Position numbers and translations under genes: made by a program. From positions 2,970-66,969 of the forward strand of contig JAILIF010000108.1 of the NCBI GenBank assembly GCA_024695405.1: a stretch of 64,000 nt of DNA, read 5' to 3'. Under the pieces are notes generated by a model. That model worked only from the letters and a program-made list of their open reading frames with translations, was not told the DNA's origin and searched no databases. The stretch is from Bacilli bacterium. GTDB lineage: Bacteria; Bacillota_I; Bacilli_A; RFN20; CAG-826. This document shows positions 49,866 through 59,241 of this stretch, piece by piece. Position 1 is the first letter of the stretch, and every line of letters starts with the position of its first letter.

Positions 49866-50345
49866 ATGAGAGTTGGCTTAGGTTCTGACATACATAAACT
49901 TGTAGAAGGTAGAAAACTTATCTTAGCAGGTGTAGTTGTTCCTTTTGAAAAAGGAGAATTAGCACATAGCGATGGTGATGTGGTTTATCACGCTATTGGG
50001 GACGCTGTTCTTGGCGCTTTAGCGCTTGGAGATTTAGGCAAATTCTTCCCAGATAATGATCCAACATATAAAGATATGGATAGCTCAATCATTCTTGGTA
50101 ACATAGTTTCCAAGATGAAAGAAATGGGTTATAAACTGAATAACCTCGATGTAAGTGTTACATTAGAGCAACCAAAAATTAGAAAATATATTGATGAAAT
50201 GCGAGCAAATATTGCAAAGATATTTGGCACAGAAGTTGAACGCATTTCAATTAAAGCCGGAACTAATGAAGGCTTAGATGCAATAGGACAAGGATTAGCG
50301 GTTAAAGCTGATTGCATTGTTAGTTTAAAAAAGGAGGAAAAGTAA
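49866..50345 (+). CDS. ispF: 2-C-methyl-D-erythritol 2,4-cyclodiphosphate synthase
   Basis: GSDIHKL...HSDGDVVYHAIGDAVLGA; 159 aa. Confidence 0.9.
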   Translation: MRVGLGSDIHKLVEGRKLILAGVVVPFEKGELAHSDGDVVYHAIGDAVLGALALGDLGKFFPDNDPTYKDMDSSIILGNIVSKMKEMGYKLNNLDVSVTLEQPKIRKYIDEMRANIAKIFGTEVERISIKAGTNEGLDAIGQGLAVKADCIVSLKKEEK

Positions 50346-51970
50346 TGGATATTTTAGATAGTTTAAAAGTTAATGTTCAAAACGCTTTTAAAGAACTTGG
50401 CCACGAAGTCCAACTCAACGATATCATTATCGAAGTTAGTAAAGATCCAACTCATGGTGATTACGCAACAAACTGCGCAATGAAATTTTCACGCTTTTTC
50501 CAAACAAATCCTCGTGCAGTAGCAGAACTAATCATTCCTAAACTAGATATGAGCAGCATTGATAAAGTTGAAATTGCTGGTCCTGGTTTTATCAACTTTT
50601 ATATGAAACAAGATTCTCTTAGCAAAATCGTTAATGAAGTAATTACTAAAGATGCTTCTTTCGGTGCCGGAGAAAAGAAAAATAAAAAGATTAACGTAGA
50701 ATTTGTTAGCGCTAATCCAACTGGACTCCTCCATGTAGGTACTGCTCGTGGAGCAGCAATCGGAGATTGTATTAGTAGAATCTTAGCGTTCAATGGTTAT
50801 GATGTTACAAAAGAATACTACATCAATGATGCTGGTATGCAAATTACACATTTAGCTGAATCTATTTATGCTAGATATCTTCAAGAGTTAGGCATGAATG
50901 CTGAAATGCCAGAAGATGGCTATTGGGGTGATGATGTTATTGATATTGCAAAGCAATTAATTCAAGAAAAAGGCAAAGACCTTATATCTATGGACGATGC
51001 TGAAAGAATGGAATTTTTAAAGCAATATGGTATCAAATTAGAACTAGGTAGAATTATTGAACACTTAAAAGCGTTTAGAGTAGAATTTGATGTATTTTCT
51101 AGTGAAAAAGCAATTCGCGCTGATAACGCTATCGAAAAAGAAATTAAATTCTTAGGTGATAATGTTTATCAAGATGATGGAGCTTTATTCTTAAAGACAA
51201 CCAATTATCTTGATGATAAAGATAGAGTTATTCGTAAAAAAGACGGCGAATATACTTATTTCATGCCAGATATTTGTTATCACGTTAATAAATTATCTAG
51301 AGGATTTGATAACTTAATTGATGTTTTAGGTGCTGACCACCATGGATATATTAATCGTATGAAGAGTGCTCTTATGATGCATGGATACGATAAAGATGTC
51401 TTACATATTGAGTTAATTCAAATGGTTAGATTCCTTAAAAACGGTGTAGAATTTAAAGCATCTAAACGTAGTGGAGATGCAATTACATTACATGAGATTT
51501 GTGAAGAAGTTGGTGTTGATGCAATGAGATATTTCTTTGCAATGAGAGCAGCATCTACTCATATGGACTTTGATATGGATCTTGCAAAAGAGCAATCCTC
51601 AAATAACCCAGTCTATTATTCACAATATGCACACGCTAGACTTTGCTCAGTTTTGGAAACTGGCAAAGATATTAAATTAGATGTTTCTGGAAGTCTATTA
51701 AAAGAGCCTTCTGAAACAGAACTATTGAAAAATATCGCAAAATTCCCTAAAGTTGTGGAAGATGCAGGAAATACAAAATCCCCATACAAGATTACAAATT
51801 ACATTCATGATTTAGCAGAAAGTGTACATTCTTTCTATAATTGTTGTCATGTAATTGATCGTGATAATTTAGCATTATCCGGTAATAGATTAGCTTTGTG
51901 CAAAGCTACTAAAATTGTTATTAAAAACGCACTTAACCTTTTAGGTGTAAGTGCTCCAGAACACATGTAA
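50345..51970 (+). CDS. argS: Arginine--tRNA ligase
   Basis: SANPTGLLHVGTARGAAIGD HIGH-region and DALR anticodon-binding domain; 541 aa. Confidence 0.93.
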   Translation: MDILDSLKVNVQNAFKELGHEVQLNDIIIEVSKDPTHGDYATNCAMKFSRFFQTNPRAVAELIIPKLDMSSIDKVEIAGPGFINFYMKQDSLSKIVNEVITKDASFGAGEKKNKKINVEFVSANPTGLLHVGTARGAAIGDCISRILAFNGYDVTKEYYINDAGMQITHLAESIYARYLQELGMNAEMPEDGYWGDDVIDIAKQLIQEKGKDLISMDDAERMEFLKQYGIKLELGRIIEHLKAFRVEFDVFSSEKAIRADNAIEKEIKFLGDNVYQDDGALFLKTTNYLDDKDRVIRKKDGEYTYFMPDICYHVNKLSRGFDNLIDVLGADHHGYINRMKSALMMHGYDKDVLHIELIQMVRFLKNGVEFKASKRSGDAITLHEICEEVGVDAMRYFFAMRAASTHMDFDMDLAKEQSSNNPVYYSQYAHARLCSVLETGKDIKLDVSGSLLKEPSETELLKNIAKFPKVVEDAGNTKSPYKITNYIHDLAESVHSFYNCCHVIDRDNLALSGNRLALCKATKIVIKNALNLLGVSAPEHM

Positions 51971-51987
51971 GAAGGAGAGAAAATTAT

Positions 51988-52422
51988 ATGGAATGTTCAT
52001 TAATTGAAATCGCTTATGAATATGTAAGTGGTAAAAAAGACAGCTCAAGCTTTAAAGATATTTGGGCATATGTTGTTAAAAAAGCAGAATTAACTCCAGA
52101 AGAAGCTGCTAACAAAGTTTCAAGATTCTACACTAACTTAATGTTAGATGGAAGATTTGTTACTTTAGGTGAAAACGAATGGGATTTAAGAGTTCGTCAC
52201 ACATTTGATAAAGTACATATCGATATGAAAGATGTCTATTCAGAAGTTGATTCTGAAGATGATGTTGACTCAGAAGAAAAAGAAGAAGAAGACGAATACA
52301 ACGCTGCATTCGAAGAAAAGAAACCATCTGATGAACAAAATCTTAACATCGATGGCAACGAAGCAGAAAAAGTTGAAGAAGAAGACGATGATTCTTCTGA
52401 TGACGAAGACGCTAATAACTAA
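51988..52422 (+). CDS. rpoE: DNA-directed RNA polymerase delta subunit
   Basis: HARE-HTH-like N-terminal domain plus a long Asp/Glu-rich C-terminal tail; characteristic of Firmicutes and Mollicutes. Confidence 0.85.
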   Translation: MECSLIEIAYEYVSGKKDSSSFKDIWAYVVKKAELTPEEAANKVSRFYTNLMLDGRFVTLGENEWDLRVRHTFDKVHIDMKDVYSEVDSEDDVDSEEKEEEDEYNAAFEEKKPSDEQNLNIDGNEAEKVEEEDDDSSDDEDANN

Positions 52423-52425
52423 TCT

Positions 52426-53202
52426 ATGTGGGAAGAGCAACTTGACTGTGCTTTAAAAGCTGGTATTTCAGTTATCAAGCCGATTATGGATATCTATAAT
52501 CGTGACTTTGATGTTGAAATAAAAGAAGATAATTCTCCAGTAACAGAAGCTGATAAACTTGCTGATAAACTAATTAGAGAATTCCTTCATAAATGTTATC
52601 CTACATATGCATTTTTAACCGAAGAATCCGAAGATAATAAATCTAGACTTAATAACGATTATGTTTGGATTATAGATCCTGTGGATGGAACTAAAGATTT
52701 CGTAGCAAAAGACGGTGGATTCACAGTCAATATTGGATTAGCTTATAAGCACGAAGTCGTAGTGGGTGTTGTTATTGCTCCTGCAACTGGTGATATCTAT
52801 TTTGCTTCTAAAGGTAATGGTGCATATCATCAAATTGGTGATGAAGTTAAAAGAATCCATGTTAACGGTAAAATAGATAACTTAACTGTTTTATGTTCTG
52901 TATTCCATTTTAATGAAAAAGAAGAAGCTTTAATTACTAAATGGAAAGATAGAATTACATCAAAAAGAAAAGTCGGTTCGGCATTAAAAGCATGCCAAAT
53001 AGCAGAAGGTTTAGCGGAAATTTCTTATAGAATGTCCGCAGGTACCAAAGAATGGGATACCGCAGCTAGCCAATGTGTAGTGGAAGAAGCAGGTGGTTTA
53101 TTTGTTAAACCTGATGGCACGCCAATTAAATATAATAGAGAAGATGTTTACAATCGCGAAGGGTATGTGATTGTAAATCGTAAAGAAAACATATTACTTT
53201 AA
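52426..53202 (+). CDS. Inositol monophosphatase family protein (SuhB/CysQ-like phosphatase)
   Basis: DNSPVTEADKLA and WIIDPVDGT metal-binding motifs; 258 aa. Confidence 0.8.
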   Translation: MWEEQLDCALKAGISVIKPIMDIYNRDFDVEIKEDNSPVTEADKLADKLIREFLHKCYPTYAFLTEESEDNKSRLNNDYVWIIDPVDGTKDFVAKDGGFTVNIGLAYKHEVVVGVVIAPATGDIYFASKGNGAYHQIGDEVKRIHVNGKIDNLTVLCSVFHFNEKEEALITKWKDRITSKRKVGSALKACQIAEGLAEISYRMSAGTKEWDTAASQCVVEEAGGLFVKPDGTPIKYNREDVYNREGYVIVNRKENILL

Positions 53203-53218
53203 TTTAGTTTTAATAATT

Positions 53219-53244
53219 AAGCCTGAAAAGGCTTTTTTATTTTG
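53219..53244 (+). terminator. Rho-independent terminator
   Basis: gcc-tgaaaa-ggc followed by TTTTTTATTTT. Confidence 0.55.
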
Positions 53245-53329
53245 AGAATAATAGACAAAATTAATAAATGTGCCAAACGGCATATTTATTTTTTTAAAAT
53301 GCCATTTATCATTTTTAAAAAATTAACAT

Positions 53330-53350
53330 AAAAAAATGCACAAAGTGCAT
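53330..53350 (-). terminator. Rho-independent terminator for the nfu-tRNA transcript
   Basis: Minus strand: tgcac-tttg-tgca followed by TTTTTTT. Confidence 0.5.
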
Positions 53351-53364
53351 CGTTTAAATTGAAT

Positions 53365-53439
53365 TGGCTGGGGTGACTGGGATCGAACCAGTGAATGGTG
53401 AATTCAGAGTCCACTGCCTTACCGCTTGGCTACACCCCA
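53365..53439 (-). tRNA. tRNA-Gln (anticodon CUG), CCA encoded
   Basis: Reverse complement TGGGGTGTAGCCAAGCGGTAAGGCAGTGGACTCTGAATTCACCATTCACTGGTTCGATCCCAGTCACCCCAGCCA folds as a cloverleaf; the anticodon loop CTCTGAA gives CUG; closely matches Bacillus tRNA-Gln. Confidence 0.9.
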
Positions 53440-53444
53440 AGTAA

Positions 53445-53675
53445 TTATTCGGCTAATTTAACTTCTAAAACACCCGGGACTTCTTCTTGAAGAATAACTT
53501 CAACAAGTCCTTTAATATCTTGATCAGCATACATACAATCCTGGCAAGCACCGTGCATTTTTACATATACTATTCCATCTTTAAAGGAAACAAATTCACA
53601 GTCTCCGCCATCTTTTTGTAAGAAGTGTCTAATTTTATCTAATGTTGAAACAATTAATTTCTCTTCGTCTGTCAT
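53445..53675 (-). CDS. NifU-like (Nfu-type) Fe-S cluster carrier protein
   Basis: 76 aa; CxxC (HGACQDCM) in a NifU C-terminal-domain fold. Confidence 0.8.
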   Translation of the reverse strand: MTDEEKLIVSTLDKIRHFLQKDGGDCEFVSFKDGIVYVKMHGACQDCMYADQDIKGLVEVILQEEVPGVLEVKLAE

Positions 53676-53765
53676 AACGTTTGATATCTTACCACAATAA
53701 AATAAAGAGTGTTATAAAACGATAAAAATATTTTTATTTACTTTATTAAATAATATAATAAATCC

Positions 53766-54221
53766 ATGGCAGTTAGTTCTAAGAATAAACAACTTCAAAA
53801 GGTAGAAATTGCTATTAGTATTGAAAAGCAACAATACCTATTAGATTACATTCCTTGTTTATGCCAAATTCATGAGAATGAGAAGTTTTCTTATTGTGGG
53901 ATAGGTATTTCAAAACAAGAAATATTGCTTTATTCAGATATGGAACCAAATAGAATAGTGGATAATGTTTATTTTTATAATGCTTTTGCGACCCTTTTAG
54001 TTAAAGAAATTGTCACTTTAGTTAAATCTGAAATAATAAGAAACGAAGAACTACGTAATTATATTAGATTAGACATCTTTATGAAGAACGCCGAAGATAG
54101 CAAAATTATTTATTTTCCAAAATCAGATAAGTTAAAAGTTGCTCGTTTTTTAAGGGCGTGTAAATCGGTTAAGTTAAAAGTAATAAATAACGTTATAAAC
54201 TATAGTTTAGGAACTTACTAG
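53766..54221 (+). CDS. Hypothetical protein
   Basis: 151-aa ORF with no Shine-Dalgarno sequence and no recognisable motif. Confidence 0.3.
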   Translation: MAVSSKNKQLQKVEIAISIEKQQYLLDYIPCLCQIHENEKFSYCGIGISKQEILLYSDMEPNRIVDNVYFYNAFATLLVKEIVTLVKSEIIRNEELRNYIRLDIFMKNAEDSKIIYFPKSDKLKVARFLRACKSVKLKVINNVINYSLGTY

Positions 54222-54243
54222 TGAAAGCTAGTATTTTTAATGT

Positions 54244-55563
54244 ATGAAACAAAAATTAACAATTGATGAAAAGTTAGCAAAAAGAAAATATAAGACACCT
54301 TCAAACTTAGTGTGGTTTGGTTATAAGATTTTATCTAATTTACCATTCTTTGCGCCTAAGTATCACCCAACATACAAAATTATTGATGATCCAAGAAAAG
54401 AAAAAGGACCATGTTTTATTGTTTGGAACCATCTTTCAAGAAGAGATTATTTATTCTTAAAGAAGATTATTGCACCTAAGAAGTTTAATATGGTTGCTGG
54501 TTATAGCGAATTTTTTAGAAAGAAATTCTTTAACTTATTTAAGTTCTGCAAAATCATTCCAAAGAAGAATTTTACTCAAGACCCAGTAGGCATTAGAGCT
54601 ATTAATAAAGTAATTAAGAGTGGTGGATGTGTAGCATTTTCTCCGGAGGGCATGTCTTCAATATATGGACATAACCAACCTGTAGTTCCAGGAACTGGTA
54701 GATTTTTACAGTTTTATGGGGTACCTGTTTATTTTATGAAACTAGAAGGTGCTTACTTAACTTCACACAAGACAGATATTAAAGATAGAGTGGGTAAAGT
54801 TAACGTAACAATTCAAAAGTTATTTACTCCAGAAGATTTAAAGAAAATGACACCTGATGAAATTCAAGATGTCGTTAACTATACATTTAAACACGATGAT
54901 TACGAATGGAACAAAACTGCTAGAGTTAAATATAAAATCAAAAATAGAGCAGCTTACAATTTAGAAACTATTTGTTATAAGTGCCCAAAGTGCGGCGCTG
55001 AATTAAAAATGGTTGGTTGGGGCAATAAGTTATACTGTGCTGAATGTGGTAATGGTGTAGAAATTGATGAATATTATGATTTCCATTTATTGCATGAAGG
55101 CGACAAAGCACCAGTTTCTCCATCTGCGTGGGTAGATTGGGAACGTACCCAAGTTATTAAAGAAATAAGAGCGGATAAAAATTATTCTTTCTCTTGTGAA
55201 GTAACTATAGGTGAACTTCCTAAATATAAACCAATAAAAGACAATAATGCTTTATCTATTCCTTGTGGTAAAGGAATCGTTACTATTGATCATCAAGGTA
55301 TGCATTTTAATGGTGAAAGACATGGAAAACCATGGCAGTGGAGTCTTGGATATGACATTATTTATTCTCTAGTTATTGAAAATGATACAACGGCAACTTG
55401 CATGTATGTAAATGGAGAATGTATTGAGATAATTCCAAAGCAAAAATGTATTGGTAAGATGTTGCTTTTAGTTGAAGAAATGCATAGATTACATGTGAAC
55501 CTATGGAAGAATTTCCCTTGGTGTGATTACATGTATGAAGGAACTGAACTAGAAAAGAAATAA
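54244..55563 (+). CDS. Lysophospholipid (PlsC-family) acyltransferase with a C-terminal zinc-ribbon-containing domain
   Basis: HX4D motif VWNHLSRRD plus a PEGM-like SPEGMSS block; the C-terminal half has CYKCPKCG...CAECG; 439 aa. Confidence 0.65.
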   Translation: MKQKLTIDEKLAKRKYKTPSNLVWFGYKILSNLPFFAPKYHPTYKIIDDPRKEKGPCFIVWNHLSRRDYLFLKKIIAPKKFNMVAGYSEFFRKKFFNLFKFCKIIPKKNFTQDPVGIRAINKVIKSGGCVAFSPEGMSSIYGHNQPVVPGTGRFLQFYGVPVYFMKLEGAYLTSHKTDIKDRVGKVNVTIQKLFTPEDLKKMTPDEIQDVVNYTFKHDDYEWNKTARVKYKIKNRAAYNLETICYKCPKCGAELKMVGWGNKLYCAECGNGVEIDEYYDFHLLHEGDKAPVSPSAWVDWERTQVIKEIRADKNYSFSCEVTIGELPKYKPIKDNNALSIPCGKGIVTIDHQGMHFNGERHGKPWQWSLGYDIIYSLVIENDTTATCMYVNGECIEIIPKQKCIGKMLLLVEEMHRLHVNLWKNFPWCDYMYEGTELEKK

Positions 55564-55669
55564 GGAAGGATTAATAGTCCTTCTTTTTAACAATATGCAA
55601 AATTTGCATTTTTTATTGTGAGAAATATTTTAGATTAATATAATAATATTATTGGCGAGGGAATTTATA

Positions 55670-56863
55670 ATGAATTTAAAAGAAACACGCAAAAAATGCA
55701 AATTAACTCAAGAAGAAGCATCTAAAATTGTTGGCGTTCCACTCAGAACATATGTTCAATATGAAGGCGACGAAACAAAAGCAGATACTTTAAAACTTGA
55801 AAGAATGATTGAAAGATTAGAAGAATACGCAAGCAAAGATACTTCTATTCTTAAAGACAAAGTCTTATTAATTACTGGTGGTACAGGTTCATTCGGCCAT
55901 GCAGTTGTTGATAGATTTCTAGATACTGAAATTAAAGAAATCAGAATTCTTTCTCGTGACGAAAAGAAACAAGACGACATGAGAAAGTACTATAACAATG
56001 AGAAATTAAAATTCTACATTGGTGATATTAGAAACTATGATTCTATTGTTGATGCTTTTAAAGGCGTTGACTATGTTTTCTCCGCAGCTGCTTTAAAGCA
56101 AGTTCCATCTTGTGAATTCTATCCAATGGAAGCTGTAAGAACTAACGTCATCGGTAGTGATAATGTAATTACTGCTTGCGTTAGAAATGGTGTTAAAAAA
56201 GCTATCTTCTTATCTACTGATAAAGCAGCATATCCAATTAACGCTATGGGTATTTCTAAAGCTTTAATGGAGAAGAATGTTATTGCTAGAAGTAGACAAC
56301 TTTTACCAGGAGATACAGTTTTATGTTTAACTCGTTATGGTAATGTTATGGCTTCTAGAGGTAGTGTTATCCCTCTTTTCTTAAATCAAATTCATGATGG
56401 TAAGCCAATTACTATTACTAATCCAGAAATGACTAGATTCATGATGACTCTTGATGACGCTGTTGATTTAGTCTTATATGCTTTTGAAAATGGTGAACAA
56501 GGTGATTTATTCGTTCAAAAGGCACCTGCTGCAACAATTGAAACATTAGCTCAAGCAGTTATCGAATTAACAAATAGTAAAACAGGTATTGATTATATCG
56601 GTACTAGACATGGTGAAAAACTCTACGAAACTTTAGTCACTCAAGAAGAAATGATTAGAGCAGTTGATTGTGGCAATTTCTATAGAATTGTCGCTGATAA
56701 TAGAGATTTAAACTACGACAAATACTTCTCAAAAGGTAACAAAAAATTAAACTTCTCAGAATCTTATACATCACATAATACTGGTAGACTTGATGTTGAG
56801 GGTATGAAAAAACTTCTCAAAAAGTTAGAATTATTTGGTGGGGAAGTTAGACAACATGATTAA
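55670..56863 (+). CDS. fnlA: UDP-N-acetylglucosamine 4,6-dehydratase/5-epimerase (FnlA/CapE) with N-terminal XRE-type HTH
   Basis: ATG 55670 is 8 nt after GAGGG (the track TTG at 55652 is unlikely). Residues 1-50 read LKETRKKCKLTQEEASKIVGVPLRTYVQYEG, an XRE helix-turn-helix. The remainder aligns with CapE from KVLLITGGTGSFG onward. Confidence 0.8.
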   Translation: MNLKETRKKCKLTQEEASKIVGVPLRTYVQYEGDETKADTLKLERMIERLEEYASKDTSILKDKVLLITGGTGSFGHAVVDRFLDTEIKEIRILSRDEKKQDDMRKYYNNEKLKFYIGDIRNYDSIVDAFKGVDYVFSAAALKQVPSCEFYPMEAVRTNVIGSDNVITACVRNGVKKAIFLSTDKAAYPINAMGISKALMEKNVIARSRQLLPGDTVLCLTRYGNVMASRGSVIPLFLNQIHDGKPITITNPEMTRFMMTLDDAVDLVLYAFENGEQGDLFVQKAPAATIETLAQAVIELTNSKTGIDYIGTRHGEKLYETLVTQEEMIRAVDCGNFYRIVADNRDLNYDKYFSKGNKKLNFSESYTSHNTGRLDVEGMKKLLKKLELFGGEVRQHD

Positions 56864-57959
56864 AAACATACTTGTTACTGGCGCGAACGGTTTTATAGGG
56901 AAACATGTGTCCCTTAAGCTTGAAAGAGCTGGATATAATATTTTCAAGTACGACTTGGATAATACTGAAGAAGAATTAGTTAACTATGTTAAAAAAGCAG
57001 ACTATTTAGTTCATCTTGCAGGAATTAATAGACCAATGAGTGTTGAAGAGTTTTATGATGGAAATTCAAACTTTACAAAAAAACTCATTGATTTACTTAA
57101 GGATAATGGAAAAAACATTCCAGTCATTTTCTCAAGTTCAATTCAAGCTGCTTTAGACAATGATTACGGAAAAAGCAAAAAGATGGCTGAAGACTATTTG
57201 TTAGATTGTGGTCTTCCAGTTAATGTTTTCCGCCTTGCTAATGTTTTTGGAAAGTGGTGTAGACCAAACTATAACAGCGCTGCAGCAACTTTCTGTTATA
57301 ACATTGCTCATGATTTAGAAATTACAATTAGAGATCCTAATTATGTTGTTCATTTCAACTATGTTGATGATATCGTTAATGAATTTATTAACTGCATCAA
57401 AAATGGAACATCATCAAAAGATATTTTATATGTTCAGCCAACACATGATTGTTCATTGGGAAAGCTTGCTGATTTACTTTATTACTTCAAAAAAGAAATC
57501 GAAAGCGATAGGCACTTGCCTATTCTTCATGATGAATTTGAACTTAAACTATTTAAAACATTCTGTGATTATTTAAGCGAGGATGGATATTCATTTAATT
57601 ATGCCGCTGATGCTCGTGGTAGTTTTGAAGAATTATATAAGTCAAAGAAGTGGGGACAAATTTCTGAAAATATTTCTTTCCCTCACATTATTAAAGGTGG
57701 ACATTATCACACTTACAAAAAAGAAATCTTTTACACTGTCAAAGGTAAATGTGAAATTAAACAAAGAAATGTTAAATCCGATGAGATGTTAGTTGATGTT
57801 GTCGATGGGAAAGATGGAAAGATGGTAGACATTATTCCTATGTACACTCATTCAATTGAAAACATTGGTGAAACTAATTCTCATACAATTATGTGGATTA
57901 GTGAAATTTATGATGAAAAAACTGCAGATACTTATAGAGAACCTGTTGTGAAGGAGTAG
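56856..57959 (+). CDS. fnlB: UDP-2-acetamido-2,6-dideoxy-L-talose 2-epimerase/reductase (FnlB/CapF)
   Basis: MIKNILVTGANGFIGKH Rossmann N-terminus plus a C-terminal cupin domain; the track start at 56835 is probably early. Confidence 0.75.
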   Translation: MIKNILVTGANGFIGKHVSLKLERAGYNIFKYDLDNTEEELVNYVKKADYLVHLAGINRPMSVEEFYDGNSNFTKKLIDLLKDNGKNIPVIFSSSIQAALDNDYGKSKKMAEDYLLDCGLPVNVFRLANVFGKWCRPNYNSAAATFCYNIAHDLEITIRDPNYVVHFNYVDDIVNEFINCIKNGTSSKDILYVQPTHDCSLGKLADLLYYFKKEIESDRHLPILHDEFELKLFKTFCDYLSEDGYSFNYAADARGSFEELYKSKKWGQISENISFPHIIKGGHYHTYKKEIFYTVKGKCEIKQRNVKSDEMLVDVVDGKDGKMVDIIPMYTHSIENIGETNSHTIMWISEIYDEKTADTYREPVVKE

Positions 57960-57962
57960 CAA

Positions 57963-59087
57963 ATGAAAAAGAAAATTAAAGTAGTTACTATTGTTGGGAC
58001 TAGACCAGAAATTATTAGACTTTCTGAAGTAATTAAAGCTTTAGACAAAGATAATGAAATCGAGCATATTTTGGTACATACAGGACAAAATTGGGCTTAT
58101 GAATTAAATCAAGTCTTCTTTGAAGAATTAGAATTAAGAGCACCAGATTACTATCTTGATTGTGTTGGCAATGATTTGGGCGAAACTATTGGTAACGCTA
58201 TTTCAAAATCATACAAATTATTAGGTGAATTAAAACCTGATGCAGTCTTGATTTTAGGCGACACAAATAGTGCTCTTTGTGCTATTTCTGCAAAAAGACT
58301 TAAGCTCCCAATCTTCCATATGGAAGCAGGTAATAGATGTGGTGACTGGAACGTTCCAGAAACAATTAATAGAAAGATTGTTGATCACATTTCCGATATC
58401 AATCTCCCATACACAGAACACGCTTATGCTAACTTAATGAAGGAAGGCATTGAAATGGAATATACATTCATCACCGGTTCTCCAATGTTGGAAGTTTTAA
58501 ACGCTAATAACGATAAAATTGAAGCATCAAAAGTTCTTGAAGATATGGGCCTTGAAAAAGGCAAATACATCGTTGTATCTTCTCATAGAGAAGAAAACAT
58601 CGATATTAAGAAGAATTTTGATCAACTTATGCCTGCACTTAATGACATCGCAGAAAAGTATCAAGTCCCTGTTATTTTCTCAACTCACCCAAGAACACAA
58701 AAAAGATTCGATGCTAATGGTTTTAAACCACATCCATTAATCCGTAATTTAAAACCATTAGGTTTCCTTGAATATGTAAAACTTCAAGAAAACGCTATGT
58801 TTGTTCTTTCTGATAGTGGCACCCTTACTGAAGAAAGTGCTATGAGAAAATTCCCTGCAGTTTTAATTAGAACATCTACCGAAAGACCAGAAGGTGTTGA
58901 AGCAGGTTCAATCATTGTTTCAGGTATTGATAGACAAGGAATTATGCTTGCAATCGATACTGAATTGATGCGTTATAAATTCGCAAAAACTCCTGAAAAT
59001 TACGATGTTACAAATGTTTCCGAAAGAGTTGTTAAAATCATCAAAGAAAAAATTGATGTTGTCAACAAAGAGATTTGGAAGAAATAA
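57963..59087 (+). CDS. fnlC: UDP-N-acetylglucosamine 2-epimerase, non-hydrolysing (FnlC/CapG/WecB)
   Basis: VVTIVGTRPEIIRL...HTGQN; 374 aa. Confidence 0.85.
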   Translation: MKKKIKVVTIVGTRPEIIRLSEVIKALDKDNEIEHILVHTGQNWAYELNQVFFEELELRAPDYYLDCVGNDLGETIGNAISKSYKLLGELKPDAVLILGDTNSALCAISAKRLKLPIFHMEAGNRCGDWNVPETINRKIVDHISDINLPYTEHAYANLMKEGIEMEYTFITGSPMLEVLNANNDKIEASKVLEDMGLEKGKYIVVSSHREENIDIKKNFDQLMPALNDIAEKYQVPVIFSTHPRTQKRFDANGFKPHPLIRNLKPLGFLEYVKLQENAMFVLSDSGTLTEESAMRKFPAVLIRTSTERPEGVEAGSIIVSGIDRQGIMLAIDTELMRYKFAKTPENYDVTNVSERVVKIIKEKIDVVNKEIWKK

Positions 59088-59104
59088 AAACAAAAATGCA
59101 ATTA

Positions 59105-59131
59105 GGCCCTTCTTTGAAGGGCTTTTCATTT
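59105..59131 (+). terminator. Rho-independent terminator
   Basis: gcccttc-ttt-gaagggc followed by TTTTCATTTT. Confidence 0.65.
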
Positions 59132-59241
59132 TGCTTTACATATAAGTCATTTTCATAAAATGTCTTAATCATGTTTTCGCCCTTGTAGAATTCTTTATAC
59201 ACGCGTATAATTAAGAACGGTATTTTTAGGAGGATATGAAA

